62,894 nucleotides of DNA, filler included, from Sphacelaria rigidula (GCA_964200075.2; 6 parts of 6 records of this genome joined end to end with filler, not necessarily neighbours in it), one strand, 5' to 3'; positions 37,501 through 50,666 are shown, counted from the first letter of the whole stretch. The notes: a model not told the origin generated them from the letters alone. Program-made: numbers and translations.

Positions 37501-40500
37501 TAGTATGGGTTGAGCTTTTCTACGAGGCCTATCTAGAACACGTTTCCGCTTCCCTGGACGCCTAGTTGCGGGAACTCACCCTCAGCACGTTACGTTTTAT
37601 TCCAACTGTAACACACAACGATCCCCGTCGGAAACTGAATCGAGGGAACCGTTGCAGCCCAGTCCCAGTTGTGTACTTGTGCCTGTGGTGGTTATACGTG
37701 ACAATCGGCTTGGAGGTACGTCTCCATGATGCAGTAGCTGAGGAGCTTGATGCCATCGCGCAGCATTCCCAGTGCACTCCTGACTGCGTGTCGAAGTTGT
37801 CATACGTGATGCCGCCGCGATTTTTTCAAAAAGCAACTCATAACACGCTGTCACGCCACGAAATGAGATGCACCAGGTACTCAATGCAGTACAGTGACGT
37901 CATCGCCAAAACAATTGTGCCAGTCGAGCAGCGGTGAAACCGTGCATAACCAGGTTGGTCCGTAGATCACAGCGACATGCTTACATCGGGCTGGTTCGGG
38001 AAACTGAAGAAGTTGTTAGGTGCTGAGGGATTGTACATTTCACGACTGCGAGTGGTTGCCATAGTAGCCCAACTGCAGCAATAGTTCCTGATTTAGGGTC
38101 AAAATTTCCGTCACATCAACTCTTGACTGTGATACATACGTAGGCGCGCGTGCAGGGGACAGGTCGATGGGTCGGTACGTCGGTACATCGGTACAGATAC
38201 GTTATAACAGGCCCAACAACAAGCAGTTTCAGATCCTTATCACGTTGACAGTTCGTGCTACATATGGTCACTCTTAACCGTTAGGTTGCGCTTGCGTCCC
38301 GGATATCTGGGGAGAGGCGGATGTAACCTCTTCGTGGGTGGGCAAGGTGTCACTTGCAGAGAGATATAGGCGGCATGCGAAGAAAAGTTGCTTACGTGGT
38401 GCTTGGATTGTGGTTTGGAAGGAAAATGCGCGCTGGAGAAGTAGACCTCACCTTGCACATGCCCGTCGACAGCACTCGCGTGGCACACGCGACTAATCAG
38501 GCATTGACAAGCTTTTTGTCCTGACGTGTGAAATAGATCAGCCTGGTGTACAATCATTGCTGTGCCATGTTTTAGGCTTGCTGAGCACTCGAATATTTAC
38601 TGAAAAGCAGGACGTCGAAGTCATACGTGGTTTAGCAGACATTGGCAACTGCTAAATTATTTTCACCCAAGGTTACACATATCGTTCCTATTGTGGACTA
38701 ACCGGTTCTGTATGACGCAAAGAGGTGAAAGTAAACTACACATTCGGCTGCGTCCTCCACTCAGAATGCCCTAATGCTTGATTATCCATTTTTTGAGGAG
38801 GCAAATCAGTAGCAGGGCCCTGTTAGCAGACCGCAAGCATGCGCACTGATTTTGGATGCTGTGCGATTGAGGTAGGTTCTAACGCCTCTACAACAGTTTG
38901 ACGTGTTTGAGTTGCCCCGCCAACATGTCTTACATAGAGCCGTCAATACAAACCATGCTCATGGAACTCTTGTCCATACGCCACTACTGCTTATAGTTGA
39001 CTTGTATCTATGCACTCGTACACAGTCCCGCGAAATGGCAGTAGCAACGGCGATACGCGACAACGACTGCTGTGGTGTCCAGCAGATTTGAGACGATAAA
39101 CAATACACGCGATCTTGCGCTCGTTTTTTGTCCTACGGTCGTGATGTACACTACCTCTACTTTATTTGTGTACCGTATCACTTATCGCGGCACGAAATAA
39201 ACGACTCAAGTCTGTTGGATTGTGTGCGTGAGCGACGTGTGCTCTCATGAAAGCACCCGGGAGGCGCGTGACCCGTCAGCCGTTCTGTACGTATCTGTAT
39301 GCTCATATATTATCGTATTTCTCAACTATCACGCGTAGCATCTGGGTGCCTCACGGCGGTGTGAATCGCTTCGGAATTGCTTTGTCGGAGGGTTGGATTC
39401 TGAACGTACTATCTAAAATTCGAGGCCCATATCACTGAAACACCAGCCGTTTCTGCCGCCTGCACATACTTCACACGATAATTCGCGATACCACAGGACG
39501 TGGAAAAGGTACCGGACAACATGATGCCGGCTTCGCAGCCGCCGGACACGAGCCAAGCGGAGTCGGAATCGGTGCTACTCAATCGGATCGTTGCTGGGCT
39601 TGAGCGAAGATTGGACGAGTTGCGTCTGGGCATGGAGAAGGATGCCCACCAGCGACTGGAGACGCAGCTTAACGAGTTGCGTCTGAACGTGGAAAGGGAT
39701 GCCAACCAGCGACTGCAGACAAAGCTGCACGCCTTGTCGAGCATCATTGGGGCAAATATCGATGGGTCGAAAACTGATGGACTCGGTGACTCGGCGACGC
39801 CCATGCTGCGAAACGTAGCATTGAACGTCGCCTGTTTGCGGTGGCCGGTGCCCCGCTTAGCGTGCCTCCTGCCGGCGCATGAAGAGGATCTCTCAGAGAA
39901 CGACAGGAGTTATCAGAGCTGGAATGCTCGACTGCAGGAATGGTTTCAAAGTGGCAAGGTGGTCAGCAAGGGCATGTTCCGCAGGGATTTGCGGCTGTTT
40001 CTACTGTGCGCGTATGACAGGAGCCTGGTGTACTGCGGCCCTGAAGGGCAGGGGTACAAGGTGAAGGAGCTATTGGATTGGGTCAAGAAAGCAAAGCCAG
40101 TAGCCAAGGTGGGACTGGTCCTCGGGAGCATTGCGCTCAACGTGTGCACTGGTCTGGCGGTTCCTCATGAAATTGATTCTGCCTTCGGAGAAGCGTTTGG
40201 AGGCATGGTGTCAGAAATCGTCCAAGATGAGGTGTGCACCGCCGCGGAGGAAGAGAAGAGCGCAGTAGAGAAATTCAGTGATGGCGATGATGCAGAGCAG
40301 CAACGTCAATTGGAGCCCGCACGAAAGGTAAGGAGACGCTGGTTTTGACGTGTGTGCTAGGACGTTGGAACCGCATGCCAGCCGCGGTACAACTTCCCAG
40401 GCAAAAAGCATATTCTGCGAGTGAAAATATTTCCTACATCATGGTTGACCGGTCTCTACGGCGTACTTTTACTCGTGCTCTCCTGTGAGGTTGTAAACTT

Positions 40501-40906
40501 GTGTGCTGATGGTTGCGCTACAACATCGCCCACAGGTGGACAGAGGCGCGTGACCCCCCCATGGCGGTAACGTTTGTGTGTTCCCACCATATTCCTTGGG
40601 GTGACGACTGGTCGAAGCTCTGCTGTGTTGTAGCACGCATTCCGCCTGAACTTGTTTCTGGCTGTCGTGCATCTGGCCCGGGACTTGCCCTCACAGGTGA
40701 ACCCTCTCCCAGTGGATGGGTTTGTTTATGAGCAGCTGGCGGGTACCATTGGAGGCTTCGAGCGTGCAAGATACAAGACCAAGAAGGGGGATCCAGCGTT
40801 CCACAGCTTCAGCAGGACAATGAAGCTCGTTGATAGGAGTGGGCGCGGCGTCGAGTGGGCTTGGGTCAGACATGGTAACGTGGAAGCGTTTGTGGGTGGC
40901 ACATGA
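34562..40906 (+). CDS. ROCO protein (C-terminal half of Roc GTPase + COR + coiled coil + C-terminal domain); 5'-partial
   Basis: Phase-0 exons 34562-35284, 35891-36739, 39497-40327, 40697-40906 (TGA). Motifs: IYLTSGALQLLVVDL, VLVVATHAD (G4), GQKVPKSW, LHPCWINRLLRKLLDH, FVVPARLP, YVPPGIIAQVIGR, CWSKG (COR), WPVPRLACLLP, LRLFLLCAYD. An extra small exon in 36740-39496 cannot be excluded. Confidence 0.9.
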
Positions 40907-41805
40907 GAGGTTGACGGTCAACGGAAACTTAGCTGATGGTGAGGTTGCAGGGGCACGGATGCGAGACGTAAAATCAGCGCTTAGTCATGCCGCAACGCCA
41001 AATGATTCAACAGCAATGGACACGGTCGTTCGCAGCTGCAATGTATTTCAAATTTGCCCTTCAGTCAACCGATGAGATTCATCAGCAGCCGCGCCTTTGG
41101 TATGGATTGGGCCACCTCTTACTTGTTTTTCATCAGCATTTAGCGCATGCAGATTGTGTTTCACGATATCGCGAGATTTTGCACAGGCGATCACATACAA
41201 ACGTCGCTGTCGTGTTTCCCCTAGATTGGGTGTGGACTGTCATCTAAAACATCGTTTCACCACAGCAATAGAATGTTGAAGCCAACCCCGAACACAAAGC
41301 CATTGTTTCAGAGGGAAGCATCCTCCCCGGTGCTCGGATTACCCGGACGAGGGGGGTGGGGCTCGCTGGCGTGTAGGACGCGAGACTATGCAATTCCGTT
41401 GTCAAGTGGTGCCTCGAACCTGATGTGGTATCGAGAATTACTTTGGGTCCTAGGCAAGTGGCAAATGTTTGTAGTTTTTGAGAAAAGCTTGAGGTAGGTT
41501 TGGCAATAATAGTGGTTGCTCAAAGTTGCCAAGTCTTGTCGTGCGTGGTGGCGAAAGAAGACTGCCGTGGCGAAAATTATTTTCAAAAGGGCCGACAAAA
41601 TCGTAAGCTCGGAATGGACTGCCGCGTGTTTCTCTTGTTGGGTTGAATACCGTTTCCGAACGAGGGGTAGCACGAGGTGTTGTCGCCTGCACGGCAACGT
41701 GACCGGGAGCGCTGCTCCGTGTATGATGCGGCGTTTCTTGTCTAACTTGGTTATTCAGAATGCGCGCGTGTAGTATGGCATAGATGTGCTGTTATAGATG
41801 AGGCG

Positions 41806-41880
41806 CGCCCCGGTGGTGTAATGGTCCGACTGTCGCCATTAGGCCGGAGAGAACGGGGGTTCGAGTCCCGACGCGTTGCG
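41806..41880 (+). mobile_element. tRNA-like Pol III head (probable SINE 5' end), cut by segment end
   Basis: A-box ggtggtgtaatgg (~41812) and B-box ggttcgagtcc (41858-41868). No convincing acceptor stem. A degenerate relative lies at ~54125-54225 (ccggtggt...tccgactgtc(g/a)cca). Confidence 0.55.
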
Positions 41881-41896
41881 GTTTTTCTTCGTAATG

Positions 41897-41996
41897 NNNN
41901 NNNNNNNNNNNNNNNNNNNNNNNNNNNNNNNNNNNNNNNNTTAATTAATTAANNNNNNNNNNNNNNNNNNNNNNNNNNNNNNNNNNNNNNNNNNNN
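41897..41996. other. Artificial linker
   Basis: 44N-TTAATTAATTAA-44N. Confidence 0.98.
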
Positions 41997-42119
41997 AAAT
42001 TTCGAGCAACAAATGCCCCAAAATACCCCCACCCCTATCGTAGGATGGCTCCGCAGATGAAGCAAAAAATCGCATCCTAATCGATAGCCTTGGCGATGAG
42101 TCAGGCGCGCTCATAACTG

Positions 42120-42787
42120 TATTGCCAGTATATGGGATTTGTACAGCAGAGGCTGTTTGAAATAAATCCTCATCTTTCCCAATTCAATAAGTTGGGCAAA
42201 AAGAGCTGCCTCGGGCAGTAGGAGGATATATTTCGAACAGCCTCTGCTGTCACAATCCCATACATTGGCAACTATTACAGTACAGTATACGGGATGTATA
42301 CTGCGGAGGCTGTTTGAAATAAACTGTATTTTGAAAAATTATCATGTACAGGCAATACGATACGGTGCAGGAGAACTGTACAGCAGAGGTTGTTCGAAAT
42401 TCATACTCGTTTTGCCGGATTAAAAACACAAATCCCCGTTTTGCCCAATTTAAACAAAGAAACTGGGCAGTACGAGAAGTTATTTCGAACAGCCTTCCGT
42501 GCACAAATGCCATATATACTATAACCAGTATGAGATTTCCACAGCACGAGTGCCTCCAGATACGATCCAAAGGATTTCGATATTGTTATGAACCCTCGAG
42601 GAAGACCCCACTGTTACAAATCCTCTGGGGAGAGACTCCGACGTTGAAAACCCTATGGAGAAATACTTCTATGTTGAAAACACTTTCGAGGATTGCTAGT
42701 GCGTGAGATTCTGTAGTGGGGGGCTTCAAAACGGACGGCATGGTGGGAGACATTGGCTAATCCACCCTAGAAATTTCGAGGCTAGCC
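42120..42787. mobile_element. Non-autonomous repeat with recurrent cagcagaggctgttYgaa motifs; relatives at ~47200-47480 and ~48670-49048
   Basis: 50-bp inverted repeat 42122-42171/42222-42271. The 3' ~240 bp is colinear with 48865-49048 and both end ttcaaaacggacggcatg...tttcgaggctagcc. Confidence 0.7.
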
Positions 42788-45700
42788 AAACGGCCGCCTG
42801 TGTAATGTGTGTGTGGCAGGGCGTACTCATTCGTTGCTCGCCTAAGTCGTTTGACCATCGACCACGCATCCCTGTCGGGGCGGAGCACCGTCCCTACTCC
42901 TAATAGAGACACTTCCAACATTTCGGTGCTCATTACGTTTCTTCTATACATCACACAAAAACGTTGATATGCCCTGTCCTCGTCCTGTTCCGTTTTTTTT
43001 GGCCATAATATTTCCTAGTATAGCTATCGTTTTCTCCCTGCTGCCTAGTGCATACGACTTTATACCACCTTCGTTCACGCCCCGCGCTTCTGCCTCCAGC
43101 CCTTCCCGTTCATCCTTGTACTATACAGCAGTAACTCACATCCTGCCACTATATGAGTTCTTCTCTTTCATGCTTTGCCACAGGGACAGTTATGTGCATC
43201 TACTTCCTCCTCCTCTCGAGTACTGACAATTTTCTTTCTTGTTTCGGGCAGCTCCAGGTCCCGCAGCACCCGAAATCGCAGTTTCATTTTTCGCCGCGTT
43301 CATTGGGCCATGCAGATATGTTTTCATCCCTATCCCCTCTCTCGACCCCCCGTATATCATCAGGTGCTCTTCCACGTCTAAGTGTGTGGTAAATGTCGGC
43401 CTGAGTTTTGGCTGCTTACCGAGAGCCGTTCTCTGTGTCTTCTGTCTCCTCTCTACAACTCTCTTCCCTTGGTGCCTGATCAACCCCTTCTAGGTTAGCC
43501 TCCTCCTCCACGCTCTCTCCTCCACGGGGTCAGCGTGCCCCGCACACGTGGACCACCACCATCTCGACCTTCATGCTTACACGCACGTTGGTGCCCGTTA
43601 AAAAGGCTACGGCCACCGTGCTTTCCGTGTTGATTCAGAATGGCGCGCTCAGCGAACGGGAGTAGGGATTTTTTTAACATCACCATGTAACAGCAACGAC
43701 TGTGTTCCCGATTGTCTTCAGAGTATCGCGCGGGGGAATTTGACACTATAGGTGCCACTCAGTCTCCGCACGAGCCGAGTGTCGTACTTTTCCAGGGGTC
43801 GCTTTCTTCAGTTGACCCACCCAGCCTCGGCGGCTCGAGGGCCATGGCCCGAGAACGGGATCTACCGCGTCACGGGCGGTACCCGCCTCATGGCATGTGC
43901 GGGGAGTAGTTCGACAGTAGGAGTCGCTTAGAGTAATGCCACGGTAGAGGTGCACGTTTTGGGCCAAAACTTGTCTTGAGGCTGCACACTAAGGCCCAGA
44001 TACTTTTCATCGAGGGGTTCCTACAATAAAGCCTCAGAAACAATGTGCACCCGTACCGCGGCATTGCTTCGTAGTCTCCGCAAGACTGACATGGCGCACT
44101 TTGACAGTAGGAGGCCCTGAGTCAACGCACGAGCCGAGTGCTTCACCCTTTCAGGGGTCGCTGCTTTCAGTGGGCTCAACCCGGACTCGGTAGCTCGAGA
44201 GCAGAGGTTGAGGTGATCTTTATTATTTGGCGATATTTTGTCCACACCTACCACCCACCTTCGTGGTACACTTTAGATGCAACTGAGCAGATGCGTAGAG
44301 CAAGGAACACACCATGAAGAAATTTCGAGCTGGTAATTACGTCGGCACGCAGGAGGCGCGCAAGTCAAGTATATGTGGAGGATGCCCAAGCACACGACGA
44401 TGATAATCTTCGAGCGCTTCGCAGGGGAAGCGTGAGGACGCCCTCTTGCAAATGACCCGTAAAGTTTGCCGTCAATAGTTGCCACAGGCCTATACTTTAT
44501 CCGATAAACTTCTTGTCTGTTGCATCTATTGGCCGTATTTCGTCCAGGATGTGAAAGTTTCCGAGTTTCGACGTATCTGTTGTTCCCTATATTTTGCTCA
44601 TATTTGTGATATACGGCATTCCCCAGAGTTAATCTCCAAATTCTAGCGTGAGGTTTGGTGGATGTATGCACTGGAGTGTACCGTGTCCGTTACAACATAA
44701 CGAGTTGAGTTTGGGAAAGACCGCCTTTTTTCGGCGCGAAAACATCCCCCTTACATCAATTTATCAAGTTTTGCAATGAACATTTGTACAAATGTCCATT
44801 GCACTACCCCGTGATTGCAGTCTAATACTTTTATTCGAGGCATTTTCTATCGGCTTCCAGGGATCTCCACGTCTGGACCCACGCAAGACGGTAGAGAGGA
44901 AAAGCTTCGAAAATGTCTCAAACACATTGGTTTAGCATGTGGACCAATAGTTACCGAATGAGCCTTTGACTTGAGCGATCTGAGCTTCCGACGGCAGCAT
45001 CAGGGAACACTATCGGGAAGCCTTCGGTCCCCATCATGAACTGACATCCGACAACGTCAAAATGCCACATCACCGAAATACCATGGTTTGGAGTATAATT
45101 CGGTCCCATGACAGCACTTTCATACTTCAAATTTTTCATGCTACATTCCCGAGCTGATGGCCGTTATTGCAATTTGAAGGATATGGAGACTGGGCACAAG
45201 GTGTGTTGGGAACTCGTTTATCGAATGTTGGAACAACTTTGAGGGCCCTCATTGATCTAGATACATTTTCGCCCTTAGCGCCACCGCTATGGCCTTACAG
45301 AGAAACGATATCACCCTCCCAAGTTGTCCAAAGCGATCAATATGGTACCGCGTATGCGACTACTGGGTAGGTAGTGCGGAAGGTGTTATTGGCTGATTAG
45401 TGAATTGGGGGTGATGATCGTGCATCAGTCTGACTCTCGGCACAATATAAAGTAGGGGCAACTAGACTCGACTTTTCATACAAAAACAAGGTTACCGTTT
45501 CCACTGCTTCAGGGAAACGCTTGAATCGACGGAGAAATCCCGTCGGATGCGTTGCCGCGGAACATCGTTTCGTTACTGCATTCGATTCAACAGATTTATT
45601 TGTGAAGCAGCTAATAGCAGGGTTGCAAATGCACCAAGTGTCCCTGGCTGTTTTCTCGTGAGCGTGTACTCATACTGTGTGCCTCTGACATGAGTCGGAG

Positions 45701-46503
45701 GTGACGTTCATGATATTTTCAAGTGTCAGCAAGAAGGAGAACATGGACTCCAAGGAGAAAGCTAGAAATGGTTGGAGCTCCACGACCGATCAGGTAGCAC
45801 CCCAACACGCTGCCAGTGAACTACGTACCCCCAGCACATTTCTTCTTTTATTCTCTGCCGCAAGCTTGCGTTTCTCCCGTGCACGACGGTGGCCAGCTGT
45901 GGCGGATGCCATTCTTATGGGTCGGTAAAGAGTTTTGACTTTGTGGTGGGAGCAACGTAGCCAAGACCAGCGGCTTCGTCTCTTTGGAGTTCCCGTTGGT
46001 GTGGATACGGTAGTTGTCGTTCGGTCAAACCGAAGCCATGTCCCGAAAGTCATGGAGAGATGAGGCCGGAATACCACGTCCCTCACGAGTGGCATATGAG
46101 AACCATGATGACCTTTGTAAGACGTGGATTATACGACAGCACAGGTTGGACCATCAAAACGCCACCAACTCAAGGCACAAAGCGCTCTCCTGGTGGGTAG
46201 ACGTGTTTCGGTTGTCAGATCGGCGAACTTGCCGGAACGGGGTTCCGTTAGAAACGCCGTTCATATGCACGTATCTGAACGAAACAATCCGTAGCGGAAA
46301 GACTTCAGCTCGCGCGAAAAGAAACAACTTGCCAAGAGAGCTCAATTTTGCCAAATCGCCAAAGCTTCTATCACTTGCGTGTAATAAACGAACTTTAATG
46401 CCGCTGAAAGTCGCGACTATTCACTCTCCCCGCACGTCCGATATGTGTGTAGATATTCACCATACTGCCGCTTCTTGTCCGTCGCGCCTTTTCTAATGAG
46501 CAG

Positions 46504-49500
46504 GCCTCATCCCGCCCGCGCTTTGTGAGCTCTCGGCCCTCGCAACACTCATGCTTTACAACAACGAGCTATCTGGTGAGTCATGATGGGTATTCCTGTG
46601 GCAACTACTCACTATTAGCACGGTCAGCAGTCAGCATGAATCTGATGTGAATTCCAAATAAGACACGTGTCGCTGGGGCTACATTAACCTACCTGGTTGT
46701 AGCCAGCGAAGAACTACAAAAATATTATCCATGGACATGGCCAGGCAGGGGGTCGTTTTTTAAGCGTGAAAATGGTCGTGCGCAACGAGAGTATGGTGTC
46801 ACGACCAACCATTTTGAAATGATGGGCCCAAACTTCAGCCCGAATTGCGCTGCGTGCCCTAAACATTGCTCAAATCTTACAAACACCTGCTCTGGTGTGT
46901 CCTTTCGCAAACTTGATGTTGCCGGTGCCATAGTAGTGGGTATTTTAGACTTCGGGACTATCAGAGAGTGGTCTGAGTGTATACTTGTTTATTTGTCGCG
47001 AATGTACGAGGTTCGGTGCTGTGATATGGTAGGGTCCAGTCCAGCACCAGACCATGCTTGTATTGATTCATATTCCTATCAAGTTAAAAACCGCCACTAA
47101 GATTATCTGCTTTTTGTGTGATCACCAACGTATTGCTTTTGAGTATTTTTGTAGACCTCTGACGGTGAAGTCTTCGAAAAACAGGTATATGTACAGATCA
47201 TACATTACAGTATAGAAATCATACAGCAACGACTGTCGTAGCACGGCCGGTGTACGTATACTGGTAGTCAGTGTATGGGATTCATACAGCAGAGGCTGTT
47301 GAAAAATTCTCGCGTTTCGCCCAATCGAGATAAATTGGCGGGCAAGACGCGAGGGTTTCTGAACAGGCTCTTCTATTTGAATCACATGGACTGACAACAG
47401 CAGTACAGTATACTATATGAGATTGCGGAATGTTCCCAATCGAGGGAATATGTGTTTGTGGTAGCGAAAGAATTTCCAATTGTATTATTGAGTGAGATTC
47501 AATCACACATTGATCATGATGTGAGATGACGAGCATCGAACAAAACCGGAACGGCTCAGGGCTTGGAACGTCTGTATCGCTGGTACCGAACATCGAAGCG
47601 ATTGCCATTTAACACGCTGAGAGAGTGGGAGACATACGTCGTAGCAGGCGTGCAGAACGGCGGCCTGAACACCCAGCCAGCTCACTGTTCGACTGCAGGC
47701 AGAGCGAGTGTTGAAGGTGGTACAACCGGAACACTGTCCTTTGCACTGTGAGCATTCTGAGAGGGGCCGCATCGTCTCCCCACCCGCCCACCCTGTGCTT
47801 TCGAAGGGTGTCATCGTATAGAGATATGATCATTGCCTCCGCCAAGCGATACATGAGGCATCATCCACGTGCAGCAGGTTTGCATCTCACGTGAGCTCTT
47901 TGTGCCTAATGCACGGAAACAAATATCGACTGCCTCCTTCACGAGAAGAGATATTTAAGGCCTCATCTACGAGACGAAATATAATGCCTCATTTACGAGA
48001 AAACTACTCTGATGCCTCTTTTTCGAGCCGACTAACCTGATGCCTCATTCACGAAAAGAGATATGTCATACCTCATTGACGAGAAGACATATCCGATGCC
48101 GCATCCGTGAGAAGAAGTATGAAGATGGTCTATGCCTTATGCATGAGAAGAGATACGTGATGCCTCATTCGCGCGAAGAGACATGTTGCCTCATCCATGA
48201 GACGAAATATCTAATGTTTCCTCCTTGAGAAGAGATGTAATGCCTCGTGCATTGGAAGAGATGTCCACTGCCTCGTTCGCGAGAAGAGATGTGATGCCTC
48301 ATCCACGAGAAGAGATATCTGATAATGGACCCAAAGTCTTGCCACGACTCGGGCGAATGTACAATCGCAAGGATAATTCTGGCGTGAACTCGTTGTCGGC
48401 TAAGAGGGTTCCATGGTTTTCACTTTTTAAATTCCGAAGAAAAAGAGGCGGGGTGGGGCACAAGAACCACAGGCGTCTTCAACGTTGTACCGTCTGTATG
48501 TGTTTGACCTATTGTTTATAATCTAGTATATGGAGTGAGAGTGTATACTCGAGGCTGTCCTTGAGGTTAGCTGGCAGGGGCCTACGTTACTGCCAGTTGG
48601 CATTGTCGGTTATTCTTTGTCCACACTTACATGTGGGGTGGCTGGCATCTTGGGAAACCCCCCCCCCTCCCCCTACACCTGCCCTGTGCACAGGGCTTTT
48701 ATTAATGCAAAAATTCGAAAGCCGAGTACAAATGAATGGCATACCATGTTCGAAGGTCCTTCTTTCTGCCAAATTTCAGATGAATTGGCGGGGAAAATGA
48801 GAACTTTCGTTGATGGTATTTGCACAGCAGAGGCTGTTCGGAACAAATCCTTGATTTCCACATCACGAGTGCCTTGAGAAACAATCCAGAGGGTATGGAT
48901 AATGAAACAGACCCTCGAGGGAGACCCAAATATTTGAAAACCCCCGAAAGAATTACCAATGCCCAATATTCTCCAGTGGGGACTTTCAAAACGGACGGCA
49001 TGTGGGGAAGCGTTGGGAAAATCCACCACAGAATTTTCGAGGCTAGCCGAATGACCACGTGTGTGCCCATTTGCTCAGAAGCATCGGCTGGTTTTCCTCG
49101 TTGACGAAATGTCATGCCGAGTATTTCTTATATCGTACGGACACGCGCTACATAGTCAAGTCTATGTAAAACCGCGAACGATATACCCAGCGGATGATCG
49201 CGGTTTCTGGTGTGCACATCTCCTGGAGCACGGGATACGATCGATACCCCCTCGCCTTCACCCAACTCCCTATAAAACTAGATATATGGCGCGCATAAAA
49301 GTTTCTATTCAACTCCACATATAAGGATCAGACGCACTTAGTGCACAAAATATGAATTTCGCATTTCAGATTTTGAGCTTTATTTTTTTATATGGAGAAT
49401 TAGGAATCGGAAGGGCATACTGAAAAAAAAAAAAATGAACCTTGATTTCCTTTCACGTGAGTTAGGGGTGTTTTCGTGAATACATGGCCTCAACTATACC

Positions 49501-50666
49501 AAAGCACCCTCATCTCCTGAAACGAAAGCCAGCATGTCCCATTGTCTTCCGTTCATTATGCCCTTGCGATTTCCCACACAAAATTTTCAAGCACAAGTAC
49601 TAAACTTGGGTCGGAACGTGACCCGCAAAATATTGTTCCGAAATTCAGCCGACCTAGATTATAGATAGCCCGACTTTACCTCAGGTTTGAGAGTTGGACT
49701 CTCAAAATCGGTCTGGAGAATTAATAGGGTAACATTAAAGACACGGCGGCACACAAAGACTTTTTCTCCATGACTTCAATGCCATAATCATAATCCAGTT
49801 GTACGTAAGATAACCGTTACCTCATTGGGGGGGGGGGATCTTCCTGTCTTGGCGTATTGTATTTCCTATGCGCTGTTCATTTCTCCAGACCATATTTGAA
49901 AGTACAACGCTAAAAATTGAGGTGAAAATGGGCCTGTAACCTACAGATCCGCTTCTAGGATGGCCCAGCTTATAGCACAGTGATGATGTTGCCAACGCGC
50001 TTCGGACCGTTCTTCTGGCAATGAAGTATGATGTATGTACTAGCAGGAAGGATTAAAGCTTGACTGGGGCCACGACGTTGTGCACGATCTCCGGTAATGG
50101 TTGTGTTGTTGGATTTTTTGAAGATAGCGAAAACATTGAGGGTCTAGACACTGGCCGTAACAACTAGTTTCCACAACCTACTTCGCCATAGATGAATTTT
50201 ACTGTATACGAATTCCTGCAGTTGGCTTCAAACATTTGATACCTACTTCTTACTCTTTATCTAAATGCGTGCAGGTATACCAAGGGCTGTCGCTGAGAAC
50301 TTTGCCCGAAGAAGCACCCTGAGGTTTGGGGAGGAAGTAAATATAGAGGGAAACTCTTGGACGAGACCACCACACGAGGCTGTTGCAGGGGGATGGGCGC
50401 AAATCGTCAGCTACTACGAGGCATTGAAACGCTCAGGATCAATCGAAAGTCACAAATTGAAGGTGGTGACGGTCGGTGCGGTTTGTGCCGGGAAAACGAC
50501 TCTGGTAAATGGACTACTGAAGGGTAGGCCGGTCCCAACGAAAGAGGACGAGCGTACACGCGGCGTCGATCTTCACATCCAGCCGTGGAGGCCGAATCCT
50601 GTTCAGCCGCTCGAAGTGGAAATATGGGACTTTGCGGGTCACGCGGACTACTACTCGACCCACCAG
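46504..50666 (+). CDS. ROCO gene fragment: single-LRR exon plus Roc P-loop exon (partial at both ends)
   Basis: Exon 46504-46575 (72 nt, phase 1-1, cag/gtgag) encodes GLIPPALCELSALATLMLYNNELSG. Exon 50275-50666 (phase 1-0) encodes GIPRAV...GNSWTRPPHEAV...LKVVTVGAVCAGKTTL (G1), RTRGVD (G2), IWDFAGHADYYSTHQ (G3). Confidence 0.88.
47800..48322. repeat. Degenerate minisatellite, ~28-bp unit (tgatgcctcattcacgagaagagatat-like)
   Basis: More than a dozen head-to-tail copies with no unique spacers. Confidence 0.85.

Noticed and set aside
41806..41880. Functional tRNA gene
   Set aside because: A/B boxes are present but no convincing acceptor or anticodon stems could be folded. Treated as a SINE head.
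47800..48322. CRISPR-like periodicity (~28-bp repeats)
   Set aside because: Units are degenerate and head-to-tail without unique spacers, there are no cas genes, and the context is eukaryotic.
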